NCBI GenBank assembly: GCA_963720565.1
Contig: CAVRFW010000009.1
Location: 441,322-505,321, forward strand
Reading direction: 5' to 3'
Length of the DNA stretch: 64,000 nt
From: Candidatus Bathyarchaeota archaeon
GTDB taxonomy: Archaea; Thermoproteota; Bathyarchaeia; Bathyarchaeales; Bathycorpusculaceae
The first letter of the stretch is position 1; each line of letters begins with the position of its first letter. Positions 32,241 through 42,834 of this stretch are shown piece after piece. A program made the translations under genes and the position numbers. Under the pieces are notes generated by a model that was not told the origin of the DNA, made no database searches, and was given only the letters and a program-made list of their open reading frames with translations.

Positions 32241-33302
32241 TTAACCACCTTTTCGGAGAGCTTCAATGGCGTCTGCAAGCCCTTTTACACCATCGACGAC
32301 AGGGTCATCCACTGGAACCTTGAATCTCCTGCGTAGTTTTGTCTTGGCTTTTTCAGCTTCTTTCGGTGACAGGTTTTCGTGATTTAGTCCTATCCCCACA
32401 AGTGGACATTGGGAAAGCAACTTGGCAATCTTAATGACTCGTCCTGGATCAGGCATCGGATAACTTGGAAATCCGTCAAGGTGTGGTCTTCCAGGAGCGT
32501 CCTGCAGGAGAAAACCGTGGATCTGGCCAGCTGCCATTATCTCAAAACCGCCAGGAAAAAACGGGTGTACGAGGCTGCCCTGACCATTTATTATCATGAA
32601 ATCGGGTTTTTCGTCCTTCCACGAATCCAATATGGCGCCTTCAATGCCTCCTGAGACGAAGTCGTTTATCATCGCGTCCATGACTATTCCGTGAGGCCAG
32701 CCTTGCATCCATCCTGTCTGTCCCGTGAAAATGATGTCTGCTTTTCGGCCACGCCGTCTGAGCTCTTGGACCAACATCACACAGGTAGTTCTTTTGCCAA
32801 TCGCCGAGTCGGTTCCTAACACTGCGACCCTGGTTGATTCAACTTGTCTGATTTCGCCGGTGTAGAAACGCTTGTGGTCGCGAAACAGTTTTCGAACGTC
32901 TGTGATTTTGCAGCCTTTTTTCGCTGCCAGAGCAGCAAATCGATCATCGTCTGATATGAAATGATGCAGCCCGGAGACAACGTCCAGTCCATGTGACAAA
33001 GCCCAGGTTATAGCTTTATCGTATCCGTCTGGCAGGTAACCTCCTTCCGATACGGCGCCAACTATGAAGATCTCCGGCTTTGTTGCCGTGAACGCGTCTT
33101 CTAAATTTTTAAACAGGGGAATGCCTCGAGGTTTTCCGTCCAATATCTCTCCTGCATCTCCGGTAGGCGCAGTTGAATCTACAACTCCGACAACGTCGTA
33201 TCTTGCCGTATGTCGCACTAGTCCGTGAGCAGTCTTGCCGTTAGCGGTTAAGTATTCGCGTTCACAGTAGACTAGTGCCTTTCCCTCAGGCATAAGGGTC
33301 AT
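32241..33302 (-). CDS. DUF1611 (DgcN-like) protein
   Basis: GKTAHGLVRH, VVSGLH, GTDSAIGKRTT, TGQTG, DFVSGGIE, GQGSLVHP. Confidence 0.9.
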   Translation of the reverse strand: MTLMPEGKALVYCEREYLTANGKTAHGLVRHTARYDVVGVVDSTAPTGDAGEILDGKPRGIPLFKNLEDAFTATKPEIFIVGAVSEGGYLPDGYDKAITWALSHGLDVVSGLHHFISDDDRFAALAAKKGCKITDVRKLFRDHKRFYTGEIRQVESTRVAVLGTDSAIGKRTTCVMLVQELRRRGRKADIIFTGQTGWMQGWPHGIVMDAMINDFVSGGIEGAILDSWKDEKPDFMIINGQGSLVHPFFPGGFEIMAAGQIHGFLLQDAPGRPHLDGFPSYPMPDPGRVIKIAKLLSQCPLVGIGLNHENLSPKEAEKAKTKLRRRFKVPVDDPVVDGVKGLADAIEALRKGG

Positions 33303-34441
33303 GCTTTCCGTCCGGTCAAAATTATTACGTATCTGTCGCCGGGGAAAGGTTCCTTTCGGTGGCGGTCTACGAGAGCCACGAGACCCGCCGTTGACGCAGG
33401 GAGCACACTTAAGCCTTCTTTTTCGCGTATTAGTCGCGCGTAGTCCAGAAGTGTTTTGTCAGTGGTGAAGGATGCCCATCCTCGTGTTTGTCTGATGACT
33501 GAGAGGGCGTAGTCTCCGTCTATTGAACGCCAGTTGATAAGTGGCTCATTGACTGAGGTGTTTCTTATTCGTTCAGGCTTCAGATCGACACACTGTGGAT
33601 TGTTTCTGACGAAGGCGTGGATTATGGGATTCATTCCGTATGAAGATCCTGCGATGAAGCGAGGAATTCGAGAAGTTTTTCCACGATTGTACAGGCTTAT
33701 GAAGCCTTTGTATATTCCCGCCAGTGTTGATCCGTTGGATACTGGAATAGCCACTGCAGCTGGAGCGTCACGGAGTTCGTCGTATATTTCGTAGGCAATT
33801 TCTCCGTATGCTTTTAGCTGCAAGTTGGTGTTTGATCCGCCTGGGTTGGCGTCGTAGTATCCTTCTTTTTCTGCTTCGGCGCGTGAGAGGCTCACAGCTT
33901 GCTCGTAGTCTCCAGGTACTCTGACTATTTCAGCCCCGAAGTCTGCAATTTCCTTCACTCTATGAGCGTAGTACCCTGCAGGAATGTAGATTATGCATCG
34001 CAAACCTGCAAGGGAAGCTGCAAGTGCAACTGCGGCACCATAGTTGCCGCATGAAGCAACTGTAATCTCGTCATAGCCTCTTCGCAAGGCATCCAGTGCT
34101 TGTGCGAAGGCTATCCGGTCTTTCTGCGTGCCAGTTGGGTTTCCCCCTTCGAATTTCAAGTAGATTTGTCTGAGTCCAATCTCTCTTTCTATGTTTTTAG
34201 CTCGTGTAAGATTGGTATCACCGACTTCTGAGTCGAGAAGTATCTCAAAACTCTCTAAGCGCTTCTCAGGTGACATATTGTGGTCAGATGCAATTTTGCT
34301 GAGATAATTCAGTTCAGGTGTGATGACCGGGAATTGAGCGGTTGCTCCATCCAGAAGCGATAGAGGACCATTACCGTTTAGTAGCCCGCTAATGGGCTTT
34401 TCTAGGTCATGATTTGGTCTGTCTTTCTCTCCAACTACCAT
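33299..34441 (-). CDS. Fold-type II PLP enzyme (threonine synthase-like)
   Basis: LKFEGGNPTGTQKDR, ASCGNYG, PVSNGS, LTG. Confidence 0.88.
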   Translation of the reverse strand: MVVGEKDRPNHDLEKPISGLLNGNGPLSLLDGATAQFPVITPELNYLSKIASDHNMSPEKRLESFEILLDSEVGDTNLTRAKNIEREIGLRQIYLKFEGGNPTGTQKDRIAFAQALDALRRGYDEITVASCGNYGAAVALAASLAGLRCIIYIPAGYYAHRVKEIADFGAEIVRVPGDYEQAVSLSRAEAEKEGYYDANPGGSNTNLQLKAYGEIAYEIYDELRDAPAAVAIPVSNGSTLAGIYKGFISLYNRGKTSRIPRFIAGSSYGMNPIIHAFVRNNPQCVDLKPERIRNTSVNEPLINWRSIDGDYALSVIRQTRGWASFTTDKTLLDYARLIREKEGLSVLPASTAGLVALVDRHRKEPFPGDRYVIILTGRKA

Positions 34442-35021
34442 TAGTTATTCCTTGTTCCGTTCAGTGTATTAAATGCTGGATTATTAATTTTACGTTTTAT
34501 AACTCCTCATAATAGAAGAACAGAGGCCAATTCAATTCCGGAACCAGAACTCCACTGATCTTTCAGAATTGGATTTTTTAATCCTATCTTAATAATCGTG
34601 TCGGAGCTGATTGACGTTTGTTTAGATTTTTCCGGTCTGTCAGGATTGATGACTTGGGCACTTTGTTTTCTCGGAAGTTTTCTTTCTTTGTGGGAAATGT
34701 GTACCAATCCCAGATTTCGTTCGAGACTTTCTCCGAGTTCCCTGATCCTTGTAGCAATGATTTGAAGGAACGCTCTGTTCTCTTTCCCACTTCAATCCCG
34801 TCTTTTGTATCTTATTTCGAATGATTCCAGATAAATGTTCTGGAATTACAGTACGAATTGTAGAAGTGAACAACACAAATACAGTTCATTCCGAAGTTCA
34901 TCCCCATACATCTCAGCTAAAGCTAGAGAAAGCATCTCTTCATGTTCTGATCGGAAACCAAATTAGTTATTGGATACAGAAGGCATTAACCATAGGTTCA
35001 AAAAAACCCGAGGCTGCTGAC

Positions 35022-35603
35022 CTATCTTTCTCCTTCAGGCTTTTCCCACAACTGAAGCTTTTCTTTCTTAAAATCGCTTCGCTTTTTCTGGAGATACTTG
35101 TAAACACTATGATGCTGATTACCGTTGATGAGCATTTGAACAGCGTTTCGGGCAACATCAACCTGTCCGAAAGTGCCGATGATGCCTATCGTGTGCCCAT
35201 AAACAACCACGTTTGCCTCAGTTAATTGCTCGATTAAACCCCTGGTTTTGCCGTTAGCCCCGATTATTCGGCCTTTTATACGTTTGATATCTGATTCGGA
35301 GCGACCGAATATTGTACGCAAGTCTATGAAATCGAAAATGTCTTCTTCGTTTCTTATTAGCCTAAAGGCATATTCCGGCGAGAAACCTCTGCCAATCGCC
35401 GTGACGACATCTTTAGCCTTAAAAAGCATCGTGGGGTCTTTTGTGTTCTCTGAAAGCACAATAGACACACCGCCTGCTTCGCTTTCAATCTGAAGCTCCA
35501 CCATTAATTTTTCTTCGATGTACTGCTTTACTTTTCCTTCAGGACCAACCAAAACGCCTACACGCTCCTTAGGAATTCGCACAAACCCGCTTGGCTTAGA
35601 CAT
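35022..35603 (-). CDS. KH-domain ribosome biogenesis protein (Dim2/Pno1)
   Basis: GVLVGPEG, AIGRGFSPE, KGRIIGANGKTR. Confidence 0.92.
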   Translation of the reverse strand: MSKPSGFVRIPKERVGVLVGPEGKVKQYIEEKLMVELQIESEAGGVSIVLSENTKDPTMLFKAKDVVTAIGRGFSPEYAFRLIRNEEDIFDFIDLRTIFGRSESDIKRIKGRIIGANGKTRGLIEQLTEANVVVYGHTIGIIGTFGQVDVARNAVQMLINGNQHHSVYKYLQKKRSDFKKEKLQLWEKPEGER

Positions 35604-35606
35604 ACT

Positions 35607-36389
35607 TTAACCAACCACCTTCTTGTAAGCTTCGTCAGCTGATAAAACCTTAACACCCAACCGACTAAAGAACCTATTCAAGTTCCCCAAGTCCCTTCGC
35701 AAGAGTTCCTCCGCCATAGGATGCGAAGTTGGAACAGCCTGTGACACATCAAAAATAACTGGTTTGCGTTTCCAGATCATAATGTTGTATTCGCTTAAAT
35801 CTCCGTGCACAAGGTCAGCTTTGCGGTAGAGTCGAGTTATATTAGTCAATAATGAAGCGTATATTTTGTCTGGATTTGCAGGCGTTTGCTCCTTTAAAGA
35901 TGGAGCGTTCACGCCATTCTTGCCTATAAACTCCATTAACAAGACATTGTTCCTGACTCCAACTGGGGTGGGGACTCGCACCTTGGCGCGAGAAGCTTGA
36001 TCCAGGTTGCGAAATTCCTTCTGTGCCCAGGCAAAGATCAAGGAACGGGTGTCGTGCTTGACGCCTTTGAACCTGTAATCTCCCTCGATGTACTTGAACA
36101 TGCCTTTGCGAAATTCAGCAGAGGATGTTAGGTAAATCTTTACGGCGAGCTCCTTTTTCTCCTTGTTTTTCCCCCAATAGACGCGTGCTTCCTTCCCCGC
36201 ACTTACGACACCGTGAACCTCGTCTAACACACCGCTTTTTAGGAAACTGTAAATCACCATACGCGTGGCTTGATCGAAAACTTCCTCAAGAGTGGCCCGT
36301 TCTGAAGAGAAGTCGTGGTCTAGCATCTTATCTCTTCTCTCTACTGTCTTCTCTTGATGTGAAAGCCTTTCGCGAACTCTACTGGACAT
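35607..36389 (-). CDS. rio1: Rio1 serine kinase/ATPase
   Basis: SAGKEARVY, WAQKEFRNL, HGDLSEYNI, IFDVSQAV. Confidence 0.93.
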   Translation of the reverse strand: MSSRVRERLSHQEKTVERRDKMLDHDFSSERATLEEVFDQATRMVIYSFLKSGVLDEVHGVVSAGKEARVYWGKNKEKKELAVKIYLTSSAEFRKGMFKYIEGDYRFKGVKHDTRSLIFAWAQKEFRNLDQASRAKVRVPTPVGVRNNVLLMEFIGKNGVNAPSLKEQTPANPDKIYASLLTNITRLYRKADLVHGDLSEYNIMIWKRKPVIFDVSQAVPTSHPMAEELLRRDLGNLNRFFSRLGVKVLSADEAYKKVVG

Positions 36390-36524
36390 AAATATTCATG
36401 ATGTTATAAGTTGCCCAGTATTTAAAACCAAACGAGCCAAAACCAATGCGCGGTTCACTTTAGCGTCTCGGGCTATTGGCTGACACTCATGTTTGACTAT
36501 GAGAAGAGAAAAAACGCAAAGATG

Positions 36525-36830
36525 CTATACTGTTAGGAGGCCTTTTCTTCGGAGAGTTTCAGCCTGTGCGTGCGTATACCGCCAGACAACATCTCCACGT
36601 TTATCGGTTTGGAAATCCCATGGCGAAACCAACACCACGTCACCATCCCTAATCCAAACCCGCCTTTTCATCTTGCCGCGAATGCGACACAAACGCTCAT
36701 GCCCGTCTTGGCACTTAACCATAATTCGATCATAGCCAAGCAGTTTCACAACTACTCCTAAAACGTCGTTGGAACTGGGGTAAACCATCTCGTGGAGTTC
36801 GCCTTCGCTTAGCACCTTCTTTTTACCCAA
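36525..36830 (-). CDS. eif1a: Translation initiation factor aIF-1A
   Basis: RLCRIRGKMKRRVWIRDGDVVLVSPWDFQ..RGDVVWRY. Confidence 0.95.
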   Translation of the reverse strand: MGKKKVLSEGELHEMVYPSSNDVLGVVVKLLGYDRIMVKCQDGHERLCRIRGKMKRRVWIRDGDVVLVSPWDFQTDKRGDVVWRYTHAQAETLRRKGLLTV

Positions 36831-37000
36831 ATGCAGACCTCACGAACATTATTCAAGATGAATGTTTACCCTTCCTTAAAAAGCATGCTCATTCCAAATA
36901 GCCCCACTGAAAGGTCCAAATCCTCAAAGGTGCGCATTTTCGTGGCTAAGCTTAAATCTTCACGAAATAATAGACCTACCTGGATAAGGAGCTGACCGTT

Positions 37001-37780
37001 CTGTCATACGTTTTTAACATACCATTCCATGGCAACACCAAACTGAAACATGTAATCGACAAGGTCAAGGAAGACAAGAGGTTGCAGACATTCTGGAAGT
37101 GCTCCAACGTAATGGCTATTGAACGCATGGGCTACACCGACCACGGTCCAACCCACGTTAAAATCGTTGCCAACCTTGCGCTCAGGCTGCTTCGCATACT
37201 CGTTAACGAGAAGGTTCAGCCCAGCATTGTTAAGAACTACGGTATGAGAAACGAAGATGCAGAAGTTGTTGTCGTTCTAGGCTCGATCTTCCATGATTTA
37301 GGGATGGTCGTAACACGATATGACCACGAAAAATACAGCGTCTTGCTCGCATTAGAGTTTATTGAGAGGTGCCTAACTCCGGTTTACAAGGAAGAAGAGC
37401 GAGCCATAATCTGCTCCGAAGTGCTACACGCTATGGTCTCACATGAACAACCAAGCAAACCCTTGACCTTAGAAGCGGGCATAGTTAGTATTGCAGACGC
37501 GCTGGACATGGAATCTGGCAGGGCACGTATCCCTTTTGAAGCAGGCAAAGTAGACATACATGCAGTCTCAGCTCTCTCGATCGAAAAAGTTGAGATTATA
37601 GAAGGGCAGAAAAAACCGATTACTATAAAAATTACCATGTCAAACTCGGCAGGCGTTTTCCAAATAGACGAACTCCTCAAACCGCGGATTGAGAACTCAG
37701 GCCTAAAAGAGTATACACACGTTGTGGCTGAAATAACAGGCGAAAAAGAAAGAAGAATAATTGAGAGATTCGAGATATAG
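37001..37780 (+). CDS. HD-domain phosphohydrolase; likely CTG start at 37001
   Basis: DHGPTH, FHDLG, ADALD; frame is open upstream of 37082 with AAGGAG before the CTG. Confidence 0.82.
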   Translation: MSYVFNIPFHGNTKLKHVIDKVKEDKRLQTFWKCSNVMAIERMGYTDHGPTHVKIVANLALRLLRILVNEKVQPSIVKNYGMRNEDAEVVVVLGSIFHDLGMVVTRYDHEKYSVLLALEFIERCLTPVYKEEERAIICSEVLHAMVSHEQPSKPLTLEAGIVSIADALDMESGRARIPFEAGKVDIHAVSALSIEKVEIIEGQKKPITIKITMSNSAGVFQIDELLKPRIENSGLKEYTHVVAEITGEKERRIIERFEI

Positions 37781-37884
37781 CCAAGACTAGGTGTAGAGAC
37801 GCTGTTGGGGCAAGCCCGCGTCTAGAGGTTGCAACGCATTATTTATGAGCTTGACGTTTAATCTAAAGTGGAACAGGAGACTGT

Positions 37885-39276
37885 TTGTTGAAAACCCGGA
37901 AAGAAATTGACCCTCTCGGAGAAAAGGAAATTCCGAACGACGCTTATTATGGTATTCAAACTGCAAGGGCCATGGAAAACTTCCCGGTGAGCGGGATCAA
38001 AGCTCCATCGGCCTTCATCAAAGCTTACGTTTTAGTGAAGAAAGCAGCTGCAATGGCGAACTTGCAGGTGGGCTGGCTAAATCAAGATGTCGCAGAAGCC
38101 ATAGTTCAGGCATGTGATGACGTTCTTGGAGGCAATTTCCTTGACCAGTTTTTGGTCGATGTTTTCCAAGCTGGAGCTGGAACATCGTTTAACATGAACG
38201 TCAATGAGGTTTTAGCCAATAGGGCACTGGATATTTTGGGAAAAGCAAAAGGCAGCTACAAAATTGTTAATCCGAACGATCACGTAAACATGGGGCAATC
38301 AACAAATGACACGTTCCCAACCGCACTCCATGTTGCGGTATTGATAGCTCTCCAACCGTTAATCCATGAACTGGAATATTTGGCAGGAGCTTTCGAGAAA
38401 CTAAGCAAAGAACATCATGATACGGTGAAGTCAGGCCGCACTCACCTCCAAGATGCTGTGCCAATTACCATTGGCCAGGAATTTGGGGCTTACGCTTCAG
38501 CAATAGGGCACGCCTGCGAACAGCTACAAGAAAGACAAAAACTTCTTTATTCAATCGCCCTCGGCGGAACAGCAACTGGAACCGGAGCTAACACACATCC
38601 AAAATACAAGCAAGCAGCGATAGACGCACTCGCCAAGATGACAGGCTTTCCGCTGATCCCTGCAAGAAACGCGTTTGAGGCTCTTCAAAGCGCCCGACCA
38701 GTTCAAACCGTTTCAAGCGCGCTCAAAGAATTGGCCTTAGAATTGATACGTGTGGCGAACGACTTGCGATTGCTCTCATCGGGACCAACGACGGGATTAA
38801 GCGAGATTGATCTTCCACCTGTTCAACCGGGTTCGTCTATAATGCCTGGGAAAGTCAATCCCGTGATGGCGGAGTGCCTGAACATGGTCGCGTTTCAGGT
38901 TGTGGGCAACGACTTGACCGTTTCTCTTGCGGTGCAGGCTGGACAGCTGGAATTAAACGTCATGACACCCGTGATTATGTACAACGTTCTCTCTTCAATT
39001 CAACTGCTAACGAATTACTTACCGGTTTTCACGAAAAAATGCGTCGAAGGAATAACTGTAAACAAAAAGCGATGCGCGCAATATTTACATAAAAATCCGT
39101 CTTTAGCAACTCTCTTGTCGCCGTACATAGGCTACTTGGAAGCAAGCAAAATCGCCAAACAAGCTTTGAAAGAAGGGCGTTCGGTCAAGGAGATTGCACT
39201 GGAAAAAGGTCTACTCAAACCTGAAGAACTGGAGAGAATATTTAGCACAAAACGATTGCTCAATGAAGAAACATAA
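37885..39276 (+). CDS. Aspartate ammonia-lyase / class II fumarase family
   Basis: GAGTSFNMNVNE, GRTHLQDA, GSSIMPGKVNP signature. Confidence 0.92.
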   Translation: MLKTRKEIDPLGEKEIPNDAYYGIQTARAMENFPVSGIKAPSAFIKAYVLVKKAAAMANLQVGWLNQDVAEAIVQACDDVLGGNFLDQFLVDVFQAGAGTSFNMNVNEVLANRALDILGKAKGSYKIVNPNDHVNMGQSTNDTFPTALHVAVLIALQPLIHELEYLAGAFEKLSKEHHDTVKSGRTHLQDAVPITIGQEFGAYASAIGHACEQLQERQKLLYSIALGGTATGTGANTHPKYKQAAIDALAKMTGFPLIPARNAFEALQSARPVQTVSSALKELALELIRVANDLRLLSSGPTTGLSEIDLPPVQPGSSIMPGKVNPVMAECLNMVAFQVVGNDLTVSLAVQAGQLELNVMTPVIMYNVLSSIQLLTNYLPVFTKKCVEGITVNKKRCAQYLHKNPSLATLLSPYIGYLEASKIAKQALKEGRSVKEIALEKGLLKPEELERIFSTKRLLNEET

Positions 39277-39354
39277 CTCACGTTTTCGGTTCCTTTTCTA
39301 AAAGTTTTTTTATAAAGTCTGTGTATTAGTGAGTATTATTGGACAGAAGAGTTA

Positions 39355-39549
39355 ATGACAGAGAGAACATGCAAGGTGGCGTATATGGTTAAGAAAAGAA
39401 TAGCTGTAACCGTGAGCGACGATTTATTGAGGTGGATTGACACTAAGGTGAAGGATACGACTTTTGCGAATAGGAGTCACGCGGTAGAACAAGCATTAAC
39501 AACGCTGAGGGACAAGGAAGAGAGAAAAGGAAAAATCCAGCTGCTGTAA
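39355..39549 (+). CDS. Ribbon-helix-helix DNA-binding protein
   Basis: KRIAVTVSDDLLRWID..FANRSHAVEQAL. Confidence 0.85.
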   Translation: MTERTCKVAYMVKKRIAVTVSDDLLRWIDTKVKDTTFANRSHAVEQALTTLRDKEERKGKIQLL

Positions 39550-39844
39550 CTTCCTTTTTGCTTTTCCCGAAGAAAAAATCCGTCGCGCAATTCCCCATTT
39601 CACTGGAATTAGAGTCAGAAGAAGTAGTGGTCCGCTGAATTTTCTGGACGACTACTATTAATCTCAGACGAACTCAGCAGCGAGAATTTGCAGTATATCC
39701 TCGACTGTTGGGCAAGTCAGCTGCTGTGAATACTTTAGAAGAAGAAAAACACGCAATTCACGTAGAAGAAACATGTTTTTTTTCCTTCAGAAAACGCGCA
39801 GAAGCAACCTGAGGAAAATTTATGCACTACAAAAGAAACGGTGT

Positions 39845-40141
39845 TTAGAGTTTCACGATTTGCGCGTGAGGAATGCCTTCGATGTGCAGCACGGCTTCTG
39901 GATGTACGTAGCCTTTCGCTATGGCCTTCTCAACGCAATTCTTTCCGACCATGTTAACTATCGTCGAGTTCTCTATCATGCCAACTGCTTCGTCTACCCC
40001 AACTTTTCCACCGTTGTAGAATTCATCCTTAACGTGAAAAGTAATCTTTCCTTCTTTGAGGGTTCTGCCGAGCATTTCGCAGTCGCATATCGCCAAAAGC
40101 ACGTTTCTGCCGATTTTTTTGAGGCTAACGTAAACTTCCAA
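39845..40141 (-). CDS. DUF424 family protein
   Basis: LLAICDCEMLG..EFYNG..IVNMVG..IEGIPHAQ. Confidence 0.88.
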   Translation of the reverse strand: MEVYVSLKKIGRNVLLAICDCEMLGRTLKEGKITFHVKDEFYNGGKVGVDEAVGMIENSTIVNMVGKNCVEKAIAKGYVHPEAVLHIEGIPHAQIVKL

Positions 40142-40155
40142 AGTTTGGGAACCTC

Positions 40156-40566
40156 TCATAACTGTTTTATGGCTGATCGTGCACCGCACGCATTGCAAAC
40201 CAAGAACGATAGACGCTTCTCCTTCACGATCTTGGTATCTGGACGTTTGCATACGGGACAAACAACGAAGCTCTCCATATACCGCTGCAGCAACCGTTCA
40301 AAACTGTCGCGCCTGAACTTTCCTTGAAAAATAGCCCTTCCCTCGTGAAAAGTAGCGGCCGTAGCCATCTCACGAGTCAAGAATTTTAGGATATGCTGAG
40401 GGTCACGGTCCAGAGCTGCGGCTGCATCCTTGAAATTAGGAATTATTGTACGCATGCCTACTGTACTTACCAGTAATCTGGGAAGCTCCAAACGCTCCTG
40501 CTTTAGGGAGACTCCTGTCATCTTGGAACTAGCTCGCTTCAGCAACTCGTCGTAATCGTAATTCAC
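40156..40566 (-). CDS. eif2b: Translation initiation factor aIF-2 beta
   Basis: YDELLKRA, NFKDAA..RDPQHILKF, CPVCKRPDT..CNACGA. Confidence 0.94.
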   Translation of the reverse strand: MNYDYDELLKRASSKMTGVSLKQERLELPRLLVSTVGMRTIIPNFKDAAAALDRDPQHILKFLTREMATAATFHEGRAIFQGKFRRDSFERLLQRYMESFVVCPVCKRPDTKIVKEKRLSFLVCNACGARSAIKQL

Positions 40567-40682
40567 TTGCTTTGCCTCGTCTAAAACATCAATCAACATA
40601 GTATTTAGAACTTCCGTTGGTAGCTACCAAAAGATTTTATACGGGAAAAAAAGTCAATTAGAGTAAAAACGGAGACTATTCG

Positions 40683-41636
40683 GTGGTGCAAAACACAGCT
40701 GCAAATACTTCCCTAAAAGGGAAGTCAGGGGTCAACGTCTACTTGCGCGCTCTCAGATGGCGAAGTTGGATAGGTTGGCTGTTCTTTTTTGGACTAGGCT
40801 GCACTCTGTTTGCAATTCCAACGTACAACGTGCTTCCGATATCGATTTCGTTTTCCTTAGTTACTGGAGCGATTTTTGTACTCAATCAGTACTTCGATAG
40901 AAACAGTGACAAAACGAATCCTCAGAAAAGAGACTTGCCTGTCGCTGCTGGGCAATTGACTCCAAATCAATCATCAGTTCTTTTTGTTTCCTTATTTGCT
41001 TTAGGATTGCTCGTTACGGCAGTAACGGACTATACACTTCTGTTCTTGTTCATGGCTTACATTGGAGTGGGGATAGCTTATTCTGCCCCACCTATTCACT
41101 TCAAGAAACGACCAGTGCTAGACTTACTCGCCGTCGGGATGGGCGCTGGGATTCTACCTTTCTTAATCGGATTGCAGGCTTCTAATCAGCTGACACTTGA
41201 CTATTCGTTACCGTGGATTTGGAGGAGATACCTAGATACATTCCTTTGCATAATTCCTCTGTTTCTCTTCCAGGTTGCCACCCATATTTTCCAGGCAATT
41301 GGAGACTACGATGCAGACAAGGGAGAAGAAATCACTACCTTCGTAGTCAAGTATGGAAAAGAGAGGTCTGCGAAAATTGGAGTATTTTTTTCGTTGTTGA
41401 GTTTGGTCCTTCCAATTACCTATGGGGCAATTCTGTCATTTGCAACTGAGTTTGTGTACTGGTATCTGCTATTGCTCCTCCTCTTTACGCCTTTGATTAT
41501 CTATCTGACGAGGCTCTCGGCAAACCCAACATCCGAGAACATGGGTAGGCTATTGAGAGTCTCGCACAGATTCACGCCTATCCTGTTGTTGGTTCTTTAT
41601 TTGTGCGCACTCATCCTGCGTGTCTTCCTGAAGTAG
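40683..41636 (+). CDS. UbiA-family prenyltransferase
   Basis: LNQYFDRNSDKTNP, YSAPPIHFKKRP, DYDADK..TFVVKYG. Confidence 0.88.
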   Translation: MVQNTAANTSLKGKSGVNVYLRALRWRSWIGWLFFFGLGCTLFAIPTYNVLPISISFSLVTGAIFVLNQYFDRNSDKTNPQKRDLPVAAGQLTPNQSSVLFVSLFALGLLVTAVTDYTLLFLFMAYIGVGIAYSAPPIHFKKRPVLDLLAVGMGAGILPFLIGLQASNQLTLDYSLPWIWRRYLDTFLCIIPLFLFQVATHIFQAIGDYDADKGEEITTFVVKYGKERSAKIGVFFSLLSLVLPITYGAILSFATEFVYWYLLLLLLFTPLIIYLTRLSANPTSENMGRLLRVSHRFTPILLLVLYLCALILRVFLK

Positions 41637-41884
41637 TCAGGCAAGAAAGCCGCATTAGAATCATTTGAAGAGCAAATCCTTCAATTATTGATCGAAAATG
41701 GTGTTTTTTCCTGACAACGCGTGGAAATGCTTTGTTCTCTTCGTTCTTGATTGAGTAGTTCCCCATTCGGCATGGTCCCTGTTGCGTCAGGTAGCTTATT
41801 AAAAACTTGACGGATAGGAAAAGCAATCTATGTCGTTAATGTTAATAAACATGTCTAAAATCAATATTAATTTGAAAATCACAA

Positions 41885-42802
41885 GTGTATTATGCTAATT
41901 TACTCAGAGGAAAACTGTTGAAAGACCAACAAGAGGCAAATGAAATCGCAGAAATTGACCAGAAACTCGTCAACCTGAGAGAGCAAGCTGGCAAAATTAG
42001 TGCAGAGACGAGAGTTTGCCTTGAGAAACGAGACAAATTGAATGAGCAATTCAGGGCGTATCGCGCCCAGATACACGAGCTTCAAAACGAGCGCAATAGC
42101 CTTAACGAAAGAGTCAAAACACTGAAACAGCAACGAGACGCAGCACGTGCGAGCAACGGCAGTATTATCGCAGAAATCAAAGTGCGTAGAAGCAAGATTG
42201 AAGAGTTGAAAAAGAAGAAACCACGGATAGCCCGTCAGCGATTGGAAAAGGAGTTTCAAGAAACCGAATGGACAATCCAGACAACGTCCCTCGACCTAAA
42301 AGAAGAGAAAAGACTCGTGGAAGAGGTTAAGCAACTTGAACAGCAACTGAGCATCTACAGAAGACTTGAACGACAAAGCAAGAAAATCGGGGAATTGCGA
42401 AATAAACTTGAAACATTTGAAGCAAACGCAAACGTTTACCACGAAGAATTAGTCACTACTGCTCAAAAGAGCCAAGATCTCCACACAAACTTAATCGCCA
42501 AAATCAATGAGTCGAAAAAAATCAAAGCTGAGGCTGATACTCTACATGCAATGTACGTTCAACTAAGAGCACAAGTTAAGCCTCTTTATGAGGAAATCAA
42601 AGGGCTGTCGGAGCAGAAAAAGAAGTTCGAAAGCACGATGCGGGAAGAGGATCAAGGCAAGAGGAGATTGGCTGAAAAGAATCTTAAAGAAGCACTTGGG
42701 TCTCAGGCACGACAAAAACTTCAGCATGGGGAAAAAATTAGTTGGCAGGAGTTTCAGCTCCTGGAAGGCGATGATTCTCAGAGCTCTGATACACAAGATT
42801 AA
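41885..42802 (+). CDS. Archaeal coiled-coil protein (COG1340-like)
   Basis: Long heptads, EWTIQTTSLDLKEEKRLV, GEKISWQEFQLL. Confidence 0.8.
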   Translation: MYYANLLRGKLLKDQQEANEIAEIDQKLVNLREQAGKISAETRVCLEKRDKLNEQFRAYRAQIHELQNERNSLNERVKTLKQQRDAARASNGSIIAEIKVRRSKIEELKKKKPRIARQRLEKEFQETEWTIQTTSLDLKEEKRLVEEVKQLEQQLSIYRRLERQSKKIGELRNKLETFEANANVYHEELVTTAQKSQDLHTNLIAKINESKKIKAEADTLHAMYVQLRAQVKPLYEEIKGLSEQKKKFESTMREEDQGKRRLAEKNLKEALGSQARQKLQHGEKISWQEFQLLEGDDSQSSDTQD

Positions 42803-42834
42803 ACTTGACCTAGCAAACAAATAGGAAACGAACC

